Source: Mycobacterium sp.
GTDB lineage: Bacteria > Actinomycetota > Actinomycetes > Mycobacteriales > Mycobacteriaceae
Length of the DNA stretch: 57,122 nt
Direction of reading: 5' to 3'
Assembly (NCBI GenBank): GCA_035511785.1
Contig: DATKEW010000085.1
Coordinates: forward strand, 1-57,122
The notes under the pieces are model-generated. The model did not search any database, was not told where the DNA came from, and saw only the letters and a list, made by a program, of their open reading frames with translations. The position numbers and the translations under genes were made by a program. The first letter of the stretch is position 1. The number at the start of each line of letters is the position of its first letter. Positions 1 through 8,565 of the stretch are shown in pieces.

Positions 1-442
1 TCGCCTGTGCGAGCAACCCGTACTCGGGGCTGTTGACCAATTCGAATTCCTGACGCTCCTTGATCGTCTCGATGGTCAGCCGCAGCTGCTGGGCGACCTG
101 ATCGTGTGGACTCGAGTACAGGTCGGAGACGCGGGTGTGGATATCGAGCAGCGTCGAAATCGTGCGCAGCGTGTATTCGCGCGGACTGGTCTCGTAGTCG
201 ACGTAGGTCTCCGGCAGCGGCTCTTCGGTGCCGGCCCCCTCTTCGGCCTTGATCGCGACCCGCTCGGGATTGACCACCCTGTTCACCCGGTAAAGTCCCG
301 CTTCCACCGGCACCCAGCTGAGCAAATGCAGCAGCCAGCGCGGCGTGATCGTCGCGAGCTGCGGGACGGTCTTGGTCGCGTTGGCAAGCTGCCTGGCACC
401 AAGATCGCCAAGTGCCTGAGACTCGTTTTGAGCCGTCGTCAT
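1..442 (-). CDS. Family 2A encapsulin shell protein (major membrane protein I / SrpI-like), 5' part; runs off the window edge
   Basis: Not in the ORF track. Manual translation from ATG 442 gives MTTAQNESQALGDLGARQLANATKTVPQLATITPRWLLHLLSWVPVEAGLYRVNRV...YETSPREYTLRTISTLLDIHTRVSDLYSSPHDQVAQQLRLTIETIKERQEFELVNSPEYGLL, the characteristic family 2A N-terminus. Confidence 0.92.
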   Translation of the reverse strand, partial: MTTAQNESQALGDLGARQLANATKTVPQLATITPRWLLHLLSWVPVEAGLYRVNRVVNPERVAIKAEEGAGTEEPLPETYVDYETSPREYTLRTISTLLDIHTRVSDLYSSPHDQVAQQLRLTIETIKERQEFELVNSPEYGLLAQA

Positions 443-601
443 CGTGGTCCTTCTGTGCTTGGGCGAATAGTGCGGCGGGGTCGGGCAGGTCCATGATCGC
501 CCACCATGAGCGCGTCCGCGCGCTGAGCCTAGGCAAATGTAGGGCTCGGCCAACAGGATTACACCGGGCGTGAGCCAAACTGGCAAAACGCCTCGATGCC
601 C

Positions 602-607
602 TATACT
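602..607 (+). promoter_or_regulatory. SigA-type -10 element (TATACT) for a leaderless transcript starting at ATG 615
   Basis: TANNNT hexamer followed by 7 nt and then ATG, with no SD sequence. Confidence 0.75.
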
Positions 608-614
608 GGCGGCC

Positions 615-689
615 ATGCAACAGGCCTTACAGCTGCGCTTCGTTCCTACGCGCTGCCTTTCCGCGGGCTGTTGTTGTTGCTGTTGTTGA
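615..689 (+). CDS. Poly-cysteine leaderless leader peptide (cysteine-responsive attenuator), 24 aa MQQALQLRFVPTRCLSAGCCCCCC
   Basis: Six consecutive Cys codons precede TGA. It lies upstream of a cysK-cysE operon, like the known mycobacterial polyCys sORF class. Confidence 0.92.
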   Translation: MQQALQLRFVPTRCLSAGCCCCCC

Positions 690-798
690 TTTCCTGACGT
701 TCCGCTGTAGAAATCCTCGCGCTTTTCCCGCAGGCGGGTTTGACCCGCGCGGTCGGCACATATAAGCGCGCTACCGCAAATCTTTCAGGAAGATCAAC
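685..798 (+). promoter_or_regulatory. Attenuator pairing that can sequester the SD of the downstream gene
   Basis: GTTGATTTCCTGA (685-697) is complementary to TCAGGAAgATCAAC (785-798): 13 bp with one bulge, covering AGGAAG upstream of ATG 804. There is an internal hairpin GCGGGT-TTG-ACCCGC at 734-748. Confidence 0.75.
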
Positions 799-803
799 CA
801 CCC

Positions 804-2093
804 ATGACCGTGTTGTCGATACCCAACCGCGCCCTCGCGCAGGTGGCGACCCGCCGGCGCGTACTGGTCCGGCCGGCCACCCGGCTTACCCGGATGACGC
901 GCTACCGAGGCGGCACCTACTCCCACACGATCGACAAAATCGTGTTCACCGATGGCAGCAGCGCGCGCACCGATCTGATCCGGCTGAACCCCAACCTGCA
1001 GGCCTACTCCCTGGACTTCACCGGCATCGCACCCAATCACCCGTCGCGCTACCGCCTGGCGACCTGGTCTGCGCTGCCCCACCTGCCCAACACCGGCTGC
1101 GAAACCCAAGTCGACTGGATCCTGCGCCACTCCTTTCCGATGCGCTCGATTGCCGAACTGAGCCAACGGCTGCGCCAGGCCGGCTACCCGCTGGGGCCGG
1201 CCAATATCAGCGAACACGAAGCGATCGCCGCGGCGCAGGCCGCGATCTGGTACCACACCAACGGCTTGGCACTCGACACACAGCCGCTGAACGTGCCCGT
1301 CACGGTACAGCGGGGGCCCGGACCGATGATCACCTTCGAATTTGACGGCGAGCCACAGCTAGGCGGCTACTCGGTGTGGACCGACTCCGGCGCGGCCGTC
1401 GGCTTGAAACTGCAAAAGTCAAGCAATGGCGTTGTCTGGCAAGATATTTCCAGCTCGCAATTGACCACCGAACCCCGCAGAGGGTGCTATCGACGCACAC
1501 TGGGCATCGGCAGCACACTTTCGGCCAGCAACCACGGCCGCCTCGGACGCGGCTACCGTTACTACCGACTGATCGCAACGACAGACGCCGCCATTACGAC
1601 CATCGACCACGTCCGATTCTGGCTGACCGGGACTCGGCACTACCGAAATTCCGACCGAATCGTGCACCTCTACAATTACTTACTCACCGGGGCAAGCAAA
1701 GCCGTGCGTAACACCGAGGAACCCCAACTAGTCGACACCCACGCAACCGCCGAATCCGAACTCATAGGACCATTCCAGGTGCCAATCCCGTTGACGCTCA
1801 GCGTCACTGAAGGACACACACTTGTCGATGCCGACGGGTTGGCCATCCGCAACATCGTCCAACCCGGCACGGACTTCTACCTGCGTCCGGCTCCGGGCGC
1901 ATCGGCGACGACAGTGACCGCGAAAACACCGCATAACCTCACCGGGCGGGTGCTGACGGGTGTGGCGCTCGAGGGGGCGCCGCAGCGATACACCCCGATC
2001 GCCCTGACGGTGCCCACAGACGTGGCCATCGAATTCGACATCACCTGGCAGGCCGACGAACCATGTACCGAGATCGTTGAGGAAGTTTCATGA
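804..2093 (+). CDS. Thioester-domain (TED/TQXA-like) protein with a degenerate active site and an inserted discoidin-like beta-sandwich
   Basis: AYSLDF occupies the YC motif position; WILRHSFP and AAQAAIW (TQxAIW-like) are present. [11 protein letters not shown]...YRYYRL resembles F5/8-type C. The stop overlaps the cysK start (ATGA). Confidence 0.7.
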   Translation: MTVLSIPNRALAQVATRRRVLVRPATRLTRMTRYRGGTYSHTIDKIVFTDGSSARTDLIRLNPNLQAYSLDFTGIAPNHPSRYRLATWSALPHLPNTGCETQVDWILRHSFPMRSIAELSQRLRQAGYPLGPANISEHEAIAAAQAAIWYHTNGLALDTQPLNVPVTVQRGPGPMITFEFDGEPQLGGYSVWTDSGAAVGLKLQKSSNGVVWQDISSSQLTTEPRRGCYRRTLGIGSTLSASNHGRLGRGYRYYRLIATTDAAITTIDHVRFWLTGTRHYRNSDRIVHLYNYLLTGASKAVRNTEEPQLVDTHATAESELIGPFQVPIPLTLSVTEGHTLVDADGLAIRNIVQPGTDFYLRPAPGASATTVTAKTPHNLTGRVLTGVALEGAPQRYTPIALTVPTDVAIEFDITWQADEPCTEIVEEVS

Positions 2094-3022
2094 GCATCGC
2101 TGAGAACATCACACAACTGATCGGAAACACGCCACTGGTCCGGTTGCGCCGGGTCACCGACGGCGCCGTGGCCGACGTCGTCGCCAAGCTGGAATCCTTC
2201 AACCCGGCGGGCAGCGTCAAGGACCGCATCGGGGTGGCGATGATCGACGCGGCCGAGAAGGCGGGCCTGATCAAGCCGGACACGATCATCCTCGAGCCGA
2301 CCAGTGGGAACACCGGCATCGCACTGGCGATGGTGGCCGCCGCACGCGGCTACAAGTGCGTGCTGACCATGCCGGACACCATGAGCATCGAGCGGCGGAT
2401 GTTGCTGCGGGCCTACGGCGCCGAGCTCGTCCTCACTCCCGGTGCGGACGGCATGGCGGGCGCCATCGCCAAGGCCGAGGAACTGGCCAAAACCGATGAC
2501 CGGTATTTCATACCCCAGCAATTCGAAAACCCGGCAAACCCGGCAGTCCACGCCGTCACCACCGCGGAGGAGGTGTGGAAGGACACTGACGGGAAGGTCG
2601 ACATCTTCGTGTCCGGGATCGGGACCGGCGGCACCATCACCGGAGTCGCCCAGGTCATCAAGGAGCGCAGGCCATCGGCTCAATTCGTCGCCGTCGAGCC
2701 CTCCGCGTCGCCGGTGCTGTCGGGCGGTCAGAAGGGACCGCACCCGATCCAGGGCATCGGAGCCGGGTTCGTCCCGGCAGTGCTGGACCTGGGCCTGGTC
2801 GACGAGATCATCACCGTCGAAAACGAAGACGCGCTCAACCTTGCCCGGCGACTGGCCACCGAAGAGGGACTGCTGGTCGGCATCTCCTCGGGCGCAGCCG
2901 CGTGGGCAGCCCTGGAACTGGCCCGCCGCCCGGAGAACGCCGGAAAGCTCGTCGTCGTCGTGCTCCCCGACTTCGGCGAGCGGTACCTGAGCACCGTGCT
3001 ATTCGCCGACTTGGCCGACTAG
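2090..3022 (+). CDS. cysK: Cysteine synthase A (O-acetylserine sulfhydrylase)
   Basis: PLP lysine motif SVKDRIG, plus [13 protein letters not shown] and [10 protein letters not shown]. Confidence 0.97.
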   Translation: MSIAENITQLIGNTPLVRLRRVTDGAVADVVAKLESFNPAGSVKDRIGVAMIDAAEKAGLIKPDTIILEPTSGNTGIALAMVAAARGYKCVLTMPDTMSIERRMLLRAYGAELVLTPGADGMAGAIAKAEELAKTDDRYFIPQQFENPANPAVHAVTTAEEVWKDTDGKVDIFVSGIGTGGTITGVAQVIKERRPSAQFVAVEPSASPVLSGGQKGPHPIQGIGAGFVPAVLDLGLVDEIITVENEDALNLARRLATEEGLLVGISSGAAAWAALELARRPENAGKLVVVVLPDFGERYLSTVLFADLAD

Positions 3023-3024
3023 CC

Positions 3025-3708
3025 ATGCTGGCAGCCATACGGCGCGACATCGGAGTAGCCAGGGAGCGCGATCCGGCCAGGCCCACCGTGCTGGAGGTCA
3101 TCTTTGCCTACCCGGGCGTGCACGCCATCTGGGGGCACAGAATCAGCCACTGGCTGTGGAATCGCGGCGCGAGGCTGGCCGCTCGGACGTTTGCCGAACT
3201 CACCCGCATTCTCACCGGGGTGGACATCCATCCCGGTGCGATCCTCGGCGCCGGCCTATTCATCGACCACGCGACCGGAGTGGTGATCGGGGAAACCGCG
3301 GAGGTGGGCGACGATGTCACGATCTATCAGGGAGTCACCCTCGGCGGCAGCGGCTCGGACACCGGTAAACGCCACCCCACCATCGGCGACCGGGTGATCA
3401 TCGGCGCCGGAGCCAAGGTCTTGGGCGCAATCAAGATCGGCGACAACAGCCGGGTCGGCGCGAATGCCGTCGTGGTCAAGGAGGTCCCATCGAGCGCCGT
3501 GGTCGTCGGGGTTCCCGGGCAGATCATCAGCCGTTTTGGCCCGGCCAGCGACGACGACTCGAAGCTGCCCGATCTCGTGGGCGTCAGCCTGCAATCCTTG
3601 CTCACCAGGGTGGCCAGGCTGGAGGCCCAGGACGGTAGTCCGCAGACTGGCCGTGTCATCCGTCCGCCGGAAGCCGGAGTCTGGCACGGCGAGGACTTCT
3701 CCATCTGA
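3025..3708 (+). CDS. cysE: Serine O-acetyltransferase
   Basis: GVDIHPGA, FIDHATGVVIGETA and KRHPTIGD hexapeptide repeats. The start is reassigned to ATG 3025, just after the cysK stop. Confidence 0.96.
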   Translation: MLAAIRRDIGVARERDPARPTVLEVIFAYPGVHAIWGHRISHWLWNRGARLAARTFAELTRILTGVDIHPGAILGAGLFIDHATGVVIGETAEVGDDVTIYQGVTLGGSGSDTGKRHPTIGDRVIIGAGAKVLGAIKIGDNSRVGANAVVVKEVPSSAVVVGVPGQIISRFGPASDDDSKLPDLVGVSLQSLLTRVARLEAQDGSPQTGRVIRPPEAGVWHGEDFSI

Positions 3709-3815
3709 CGCCATCGCGTGCGAATGAGGGCGTCGTCCGCCGGTGGCCTTCAGAAGCTCTCCAAGGTCGCGCATTGCAGTGGCAGCGAAAGCCGTTGTGC
3801 AACAAGCTAGTCACA

Positions 3816-4448
3816 CTATCCCGGACCAGGCCGGTCAACCGCCGGGTCATTGGGATGCACGGTCAGGGGCGTCGTTTCCACGCTGATCCAGGCATGAAGC
3901 GGCAGCGATTGCAAGATCGCCGTCATCGCCGCAGCGTCCGAGGCGCGCCAGAGCCCCAGCGCACGTCTGTCGCCAGGTTGGGACGGCAAGACCCACAGCC
4001 GTTCAAGGTGTCCCTGTTCAGCGAGTTCATGGGCGCGCTCAGCCTCCCGGGACATGGTGTCGCCGACAATCTCTGCCGGGGCGTTCTGCGGAACGGCGAT
4101 GGTGATCGTCGTCAGGAACTCCATGGGCCGCCCTGGGCCTGGATCGACGGCGACGGTCTGCCCAGCCGGATCGTCGGGGTGGGCGGCCAGTGCCGTCACC
4201 TCATCGGTACGCCAAACGCGCAGTGGCATCGAAGCGAGCACCTCCTCGAGTCGGCGCTCGTCGGCCGCCGCGAACAAGCCCAGGGTGCGCCATTCGCCCG
4301 GTTGGAGCGGCGGGCGCCACAAACGCAGCAAATGGCCCTTTACAGCCAGCTCGCGGGAGTGCGCGGCCTCCCGGCCCCGGACCTCGTCGACAGCTTCTGT
4401 TGGCGTTCCATCCGGAACATGAGTGGTCATTGTGACCAGGAATTCCAT
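3816..4448 (-). CDS. Muconolactone delta-isomerase family protein, tandem two-domain form
   Basis: Two repeats, MEFLVTM...REAAHSREL...LWR...SMPL...HPDDP and MEFLTTI...REAERAHEL...LWV...SLPL...HPNDP. SD AGGAG lies before ATG 4448. Confidence 0.8.
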   Translation of the reverse strand: MEFLVTMTTHVPDGTPTEAVDEVRGREAAHSRELAVKGHLLRLWRPPLQPGEWRTLGLFAAADERRLEEVLASMPLRVWRTDEVTALAAHPDDPAGQTVAVDPGPGRPMEFLTTITIAVPQNAPAEIVGDTMSREAERAHELAEQGHLERLWVLPSQPGDRRALGLWRASDAAAMTAILQSLPLHAWISVETTPLTVHPNDPAVDRPGPG

Positions 4449-4596
4449 CAGCACTCCTAAATGCGTTGTGCTAACCGTAAATTCACGATGCCCCGGGTGC
4501 CACCCGAAGAATGGCATCATCGACCGCTACGGCATGTGTGCGGCGGCGACCTCCTGAAATACAGTGTCGGACGCGAGATCCGTAATTGGATGCAAA

Positions 4597-4617
4597 GCTT
4601 CCCCGGGAGGACTCGAA
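4597..4617. repeat. att-like direct repeat of the tRNA-Asn 3' end
   Basis: GCTTCCCCGGGAGGACTCGAA versus GCTCCCCCGGGAGGACTCGAA at 5514-5534; 20/21 identical. Confidence 0.85.
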
Positions 4618-4700
4618 AAGTTCATCCCAGTGATGATCTCCCGAGGGGTGCTACTACCCGACCCTTCCTGAGCCGCCGCAACACAACCCGCGACCGTTGG

Positions 4701-5087
4701 CTATCGATGCAGGAGGGGCGTGATGAGCTCGAGGGCGGGTTGGAGATGTTGCTCTAGGGTGTCGGTTTCGGACGCTGCCCATCGGCAGAGGGCTCCGATG
4801 TAGACGTCCTGTAGCACCAAGCCGGTCATCGAGGTGTCGAGGTCCTTGCGCACGTCCCCAGCGCTTTTGCCCTCGTCGAGGACAGCTCGGATGAATTCGG
4901 CGGTCTGGCCGTGGCCGGGACCGAACGGGCCGCCACATCGGATCCAGGTACGGAGCATCGGGCGTCTGGTGGCGCTGTCCGCGTCGTAAAGCGCGGCCAG
5001 GGTTTTGAGGCCATCGAGGATGCGGGTGGTGGCATCCTGGCCGGTCGTCGCGGCGATGACCTCGCGCAGTTCTTTGCGGCGCCGCCT
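4701..5087 (-). pseudogene. TetR-family regulator, C-terminal fragment lacking the HTH
   Basis: The frame reads RRRKELREVIAATTGQDATTRILDGLKTLAALYD...VLDEGKSAGDVRKDLD...VYIGALCRWAA. An in-frame TGA lies immediately upstream and there is no N-terminal HTH. Confidence 0.65.
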
Positions 5088-5093
5088 TCAGCC

Positions 5094-5336
5094 ATGACTA
5101 CCGACACCGCTACGGACTTCAGGGTGCGAGAGAATCGGCTCCGTCGAGTCGCCCACCGCCAGGGGCTAACGCTTCAGAAGTCCCGCGCTCGCGATCCGCG
5201 CGCCATCACGTACGGCACCTATCAGCTCGTTGATCTGGACAACTACGTTGTGTACGCGGATTGGTCCCTGCAACGCGGCCATGGCCTAGAGCTTGACGAC
5301 GTTGAGATGTTCCTGGTTGGGGGAGACACCGCTTGA
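5094..5336 (+). CDS. Small hypothetical protein (80 aa), phage/ICE-like
   Basis: MTTDTATDFRVRENRLRRVAHRQGLTLQKSRARDPRAITYGTYQLVD...LELDDVEMFL reads as natural protein and lies inside the att-bounded segment. Confidence 0.6.
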   Translation: MTTDTATDFRVRENRLRRVAHRQGLTLQKSRARDPRAITYGTYQLVDLDNYVVYADWSLQRGHGLELDDVEMFLVGGDTA

Positions 5337-5514
5337 CGTCACCGACGTGCAGACACTGCAAGCAAGGGCTGGCATCTCCATGCGCTACCTGCTGTGTGGC
5401 GAACAAGGTTGCATGAACGGTCGGACTGCTGCCAGCACTCGAAGTGACAGCAATTCTGATCCGGCTGGATACCTTCGCGACCGGCTCAGGCACAAGCCCC
5501 AGCGACGTTTGCTG

Positions 5515-5587
5515 CTCCCCCGGGAGGACTCGAACCTCCAACCCTTCGGTTAACAGCCGAACGCTCTGCCAATTGAGCTACAGGGGA
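5515..5587 (-). tRNA. tRNA-Asn (GTT)
   Basis: Reverse complement TCCCCTGTAGCTCAATTGGCAGAGCGTTCGGCTGTTAACCGAAGGGTTGGAGGTTCGAGTCCTCCCGGGGGAG folds as a cloverleaf with anticodon GTT and T-loop GTTCGA. Confidence 0.97.
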
Positions 5588-5745
5588 TTAACCCGGTCCG
5601 CGCGAAGCTGCGCAGATCGCGGGACGACTCTAGCGTACTGGCATACCCGCACCCAACCAGAGGGACTGCCCAGCTAGACGGAGCGGGCGGGCAGGCACCC
5701 AGGTGCGTGAGGCAGGATGGACCCATCGATCATCGGGAGGATGCT

Positions 5746-6012
5746 TTGATCCGGTATGTCGTGGTACTTGCACTGGGTTACGTGTTGGGCTCGAAAGCCG
5801 GCCGCCGCCGATACGAGCAGCTCGCCGGCACCTATCGCGCGCTGACCAGCAGTCCCGTGGCCAAGTCGGTGATCGAAGCGGGCCGCCGCAAGATCGCGAA
5901 TCGGATCTCACCCGATGCCGGGTTTGTGACGGTGGCCGAGATCGACAACCAGACCGCCGTCGTCGAGCGCCCTGCCGATGGGGTCCTTACACCGTCAGAT
6001 CGTCGCCGCTAG
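5746..6012 (+). CDS. Conserved small membrane-anchored protein (Rv2342-like)
   Basis: LGYVLGSKAGRRRYEQ motif; GGAGG lies before TTG 5746; syntenic. Confidence 0.85.
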   Translation: MIRYVVVLALGYVLGSKAGRRRYEQLAGTYRALTSSPVAKSVIEAGRRKIANRISPDAGFVTVAEIDNQTAVVERPADGVLTPSDRRR

Positions 6013-7903
6013 CCTGCTCGAGCAGGCTGCGCCGATAAGCCTCCATCGCGACCAGGTCACCGAACAGCGCGTGATATTCGTCGCCTTGTTCGATGGGCGA
6101 CATCCGCTGCAGTTTGGACTTCACCTCGGCGATCTGCCGGCCCATCCACACCTCCTGCAGGCGAGCCAGTACCCCCGCGATATAGCGCGGCAGTTTCTCG
6201 TCATCGACGGCGATGGCCTCCACCCCCAGCTCGCTGATCAGACCGGCGGTCAGGTCCGACGTGGTCTGCCGGCGCACCGCATCGATCCACACCGCCCCGG
6301 TGGCGCCGGTCGATGTGCCACCGACCGCGTCGATGGCCGCTCGCACGGCTGCGTACCCGGGATGAGTGAAGCTCTCGACGGTCAGGGTGTCGAACACCGG
6401 GCCGGCGAGCGCCGGGTATTGCAACGCCGATTTGAGTGCCTCGCGCTGAGGCCACAGGGTTGGGTCACGCGGGTCGGGACGAGCGGCGGCGGGCTCGGTG
6501 GCGGCACGGGGCTGCGGGGCGACCCGGCGGGGGGCGTTGGATCCCAGGCCACCCCGTCCAGCGGGCCTGGACTTTTTGGCCTCGCCCCGCACTCGGTCGA
6601 TGACCTGCGCAACATCGTCCCAACCGACCCAGCCGGCGAGTTGGCGGGCGTACTCGTCGCGCAGCGTTGGCTCCTTGATCTGGCCCACCATGGGCACGCA
6701 GCGGCGTAGCGCGGCAACCCTGCCCTCGGCGCTGTCCAGGTCCATCTCGGCAATCGCGCTGCGAATCGCGAACTCAAACAACGGGGTTCGCCGTGCGACC
6801 AGGTCGCGCAGCGCACCGTCGCCCGACTTCAGTCGCAGATCGCAGGGATCCATGCCGTCGGGGGCAACCGCGACAAAGGACTGCCCGGCCAGGTTCTGCT
6901 CGCCGTCGAGGGCCTTGAGCGCGGCGGCGCGGCCGGCCTCGTCCCCGTCGAAAACGTAGATCAGTTCGCCGCGAAAGAAGCTGTCGTCCATCATCAGTCT
7001 GCGCAGCATCGCCAGATGCTCGTCGCCGAACGCCGTGCCGCACGACGCGACAGCCGTGCTGACCCCGGCCAGGTGCATCGCCATCACGTCGGTGTAGCCC
7101 TCGACGACAACCGCCTGGTGCCCCTTGGCGATGTCGCGTTTGGCCAGATCGACACCGAACATCACCGACGACTTCTTGTAGAGCAGGGTCTCGGGCGTAT
7201 TGATGTACTTGGCTTCCATCGGGTCGTCGTCGACAAGCCGTCGGGCGCCGAACCCGATCACCTCGCCGGCCGATGTGCGGATCGGCCAGAGCAGCCGCCG
7301 GTGAAAGCGGTCCATCGGGCCACGGCGCCCCTGCCGGGACAGGCCCGCGGACTCCAGCTCTTTGAACTCGAAACCCTTGCGCTGCAGGTGTTTTGTCAGC
7401 GAGTCCCAGCCGGACGGTGCGAAGCCGCAACCGAAGTGGCGGGCCGCCTCAGCATCGAAGTTCCGCTCCTGTAGGTACTGGCGAGCCGGTGCCGCCTCGT
7501 CGGACTCCAGCGCCGTCGCGTAGAACTCCGCCGCGGCCGCGTTGGCAGCGATGAGCCTGCTGCGGCTGCCCCGGTCGCGCTGCACGCTGGTGGCCGAGCC
7601 GGTGTAGCTGATCGTGTGACCGATCCGGTCGGCGAGCAGTTCAACGGCTTCGACAAAGCTGACGTGTTCGATCTTCTGGACGAACGCATACACGTCGCCG
7701 CCTTCGCCGCAGCCAAAACAGTGGAAGTGGCCGTGATTCGGGCGGACGTGAAAGGACGGCGACTTCTCGTTGTGGAATGGGCACAGGCCCTTGAGCGAGT
7801 CGGCGCCGGCGCGTTTCAGCTGGACGTAGTCGCCGACGACGTCCTCGATGCGGACCTGTTCGCGGATGGCGGCGATATCGCGATCGGAGATACGGCCGGC
7901 CAT
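5987..7903 (-). CDS. dnaG: DNA primase
   Basis: CHC2 zinc finger CPFH...CFGC, Toprim motifs VVEGYTD and FDGDEAG, and a C-terminal DnaB-binding region. Confidence 0.98.
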   Translation of the reverse strand: MAGRISDRDIAAIREQVRIEDVVGDYVQLKRAGADSLKGLCPFHNEKSPSFHVRPNHGHFHCFGCGEGGDVYAFVQKIEHVSFVEAVELLADRIGHTISYTGSATSVQRDRGSRSRLIAANAAAAEFYATALESDEAAPARQYLQERNFDAEAARHFGCGFAPSGWDSLTKHLQRKGFEFKELESAGLSRQGRRGPMDRFHRRLLWPIRTSAGEVIGFGARRLVDDDPMEAKYINTPETLLYKKSSVMFGVDLAKRDIAKGHQAVVVEGYTDVMAMHLAGVSTAVASCGTAFGDEHLAMLRRLMMDDSFFRGELIYVFDGDEAGRAAALKALDGEQNLAGQSFVAVAPDGMDPCDLRLKSGDGALRDLVARRTPLFEFAIRSAIAEMDLDSAEGRVAALRRCVPMVGQIKEPTLRDEYARQLAGWVGWDDVAQVIDRVRGEAKKSRPAGRGGLGSNAPRRVAPQPRAATEPAAARPDPRDPTLWPQREALKSALQYPALAGPVFDTLTVESFTHPGYAAVRAAIDAVGGTSTGATGAVWIDAVRRQTTSDLTAGLISELGVEAIAVDDEKLPRYIAGVLARLQEVWMGRQIAEVKSKLQRMSPIEQGDEYHALFGDLVAMEAYRRSLLEQASGDDLTV

Positions 7904-7929
7904 CGGCCCAGTCTAAAGCCCCGGCCGGT

Positions 7930-8538
7930 TCAGCTAGCGGGGCCGATGACGCCGCATGCGACCCGCTCCATTGCCATGTCGCTGCCGTCGGTGCCGTGCA
8001 ACATCAATGAGGTCTTGTTCCCGCCGAGCAGCTCGTCCCTGGTAAACGCATCGGTGGTGGTCACCAGATAAGCGGAGCCGTCCTGACGCACCTCAAGTGA
8101 CGTCAGATCACCGCTTTCGGGGTTGCCGGTATGTCCGGGCGCCTGGTAGTGATCGCCCGCGGACAAGAAATCTCCGGGCGGCCCACCGGTGGGAGCAACC
8201 GAGTTCGGCTCACACTTGCCGATCTCGTGAACGTGCAGGCCGTGGAAACCGGGCGCGAGGATTCCGGTGGCAACGGTCTTGACGGTGACGGTGACGTAGC
8301 TCCCGGTGAAGTCGAATGTCGCCGTGGCCACGGGCCGGCCGTCGGGTGCATTCAGTTGGGCGCTAAGCGGCGCGCCACCGGGCGACGGGCTGGCGGTCGT
8401 CGACGAACCTGGTGCACCGCTATTGACAGGTGGCGTGGTGCCTGGCTGCGTGCTCGCATGCTGAGGCGAATTGCATGCGCTCACGGCCACCACAGGAAGC
8501 GATAGCAGGAGGGTCGCAACGGCGGTGAGTTTGGTCAT
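7930..8538 (-). CDS. Cu(/Zn) superoxide dismutase family lipoprotein (SodC paralog)
   Basis: Lipobox VSAC, plus [27 protein letters not shown] and RVACGVI. Confidence 0.88.
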   Translation of the reverse strand: MTKLTAVATLLLSLPVVAVSACNSPQHASTQPGTTPPVNSGAPGSSTTASPSPGGAPLSAQLNAPDGRPVATATFDFTGSYVTVTVKTVATGILAPGFHGLHVHEIGKCEPNSVAPTGGPPGDFLSAGDHYQAPGHTGNPESGDLTSLEVRQDGSAYLVTTTDAFTRDELLGGNKTSLMLHGTDGSDMAMERVACGVIGPAS

Positions 8539-8565
8539 CTCGGGAGCCTAACCGCCGGGTTGCGG

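Larger units (their letters stand above)
4597..5534. mobile_element. Collapsed remnant of a tRNA-Asn-integrated element (no integrase left)
   Basis: Flanked by the 21-bp tRNA 3'-end repeat; contains a truncated TetR gene and a small mobile-element-like ORF. Confidence 0.7.

Noticed and set aside
669-688. (TGT)n-like microsatellite
   Set aside because: It is the run of Cys codons in the leader peptide, not a separate repeat.
846-870. Tat-like TRRRVL near the N-terminus of the TED protein
   Set aside because: No hydrophobic h-region or cleavage site follows.
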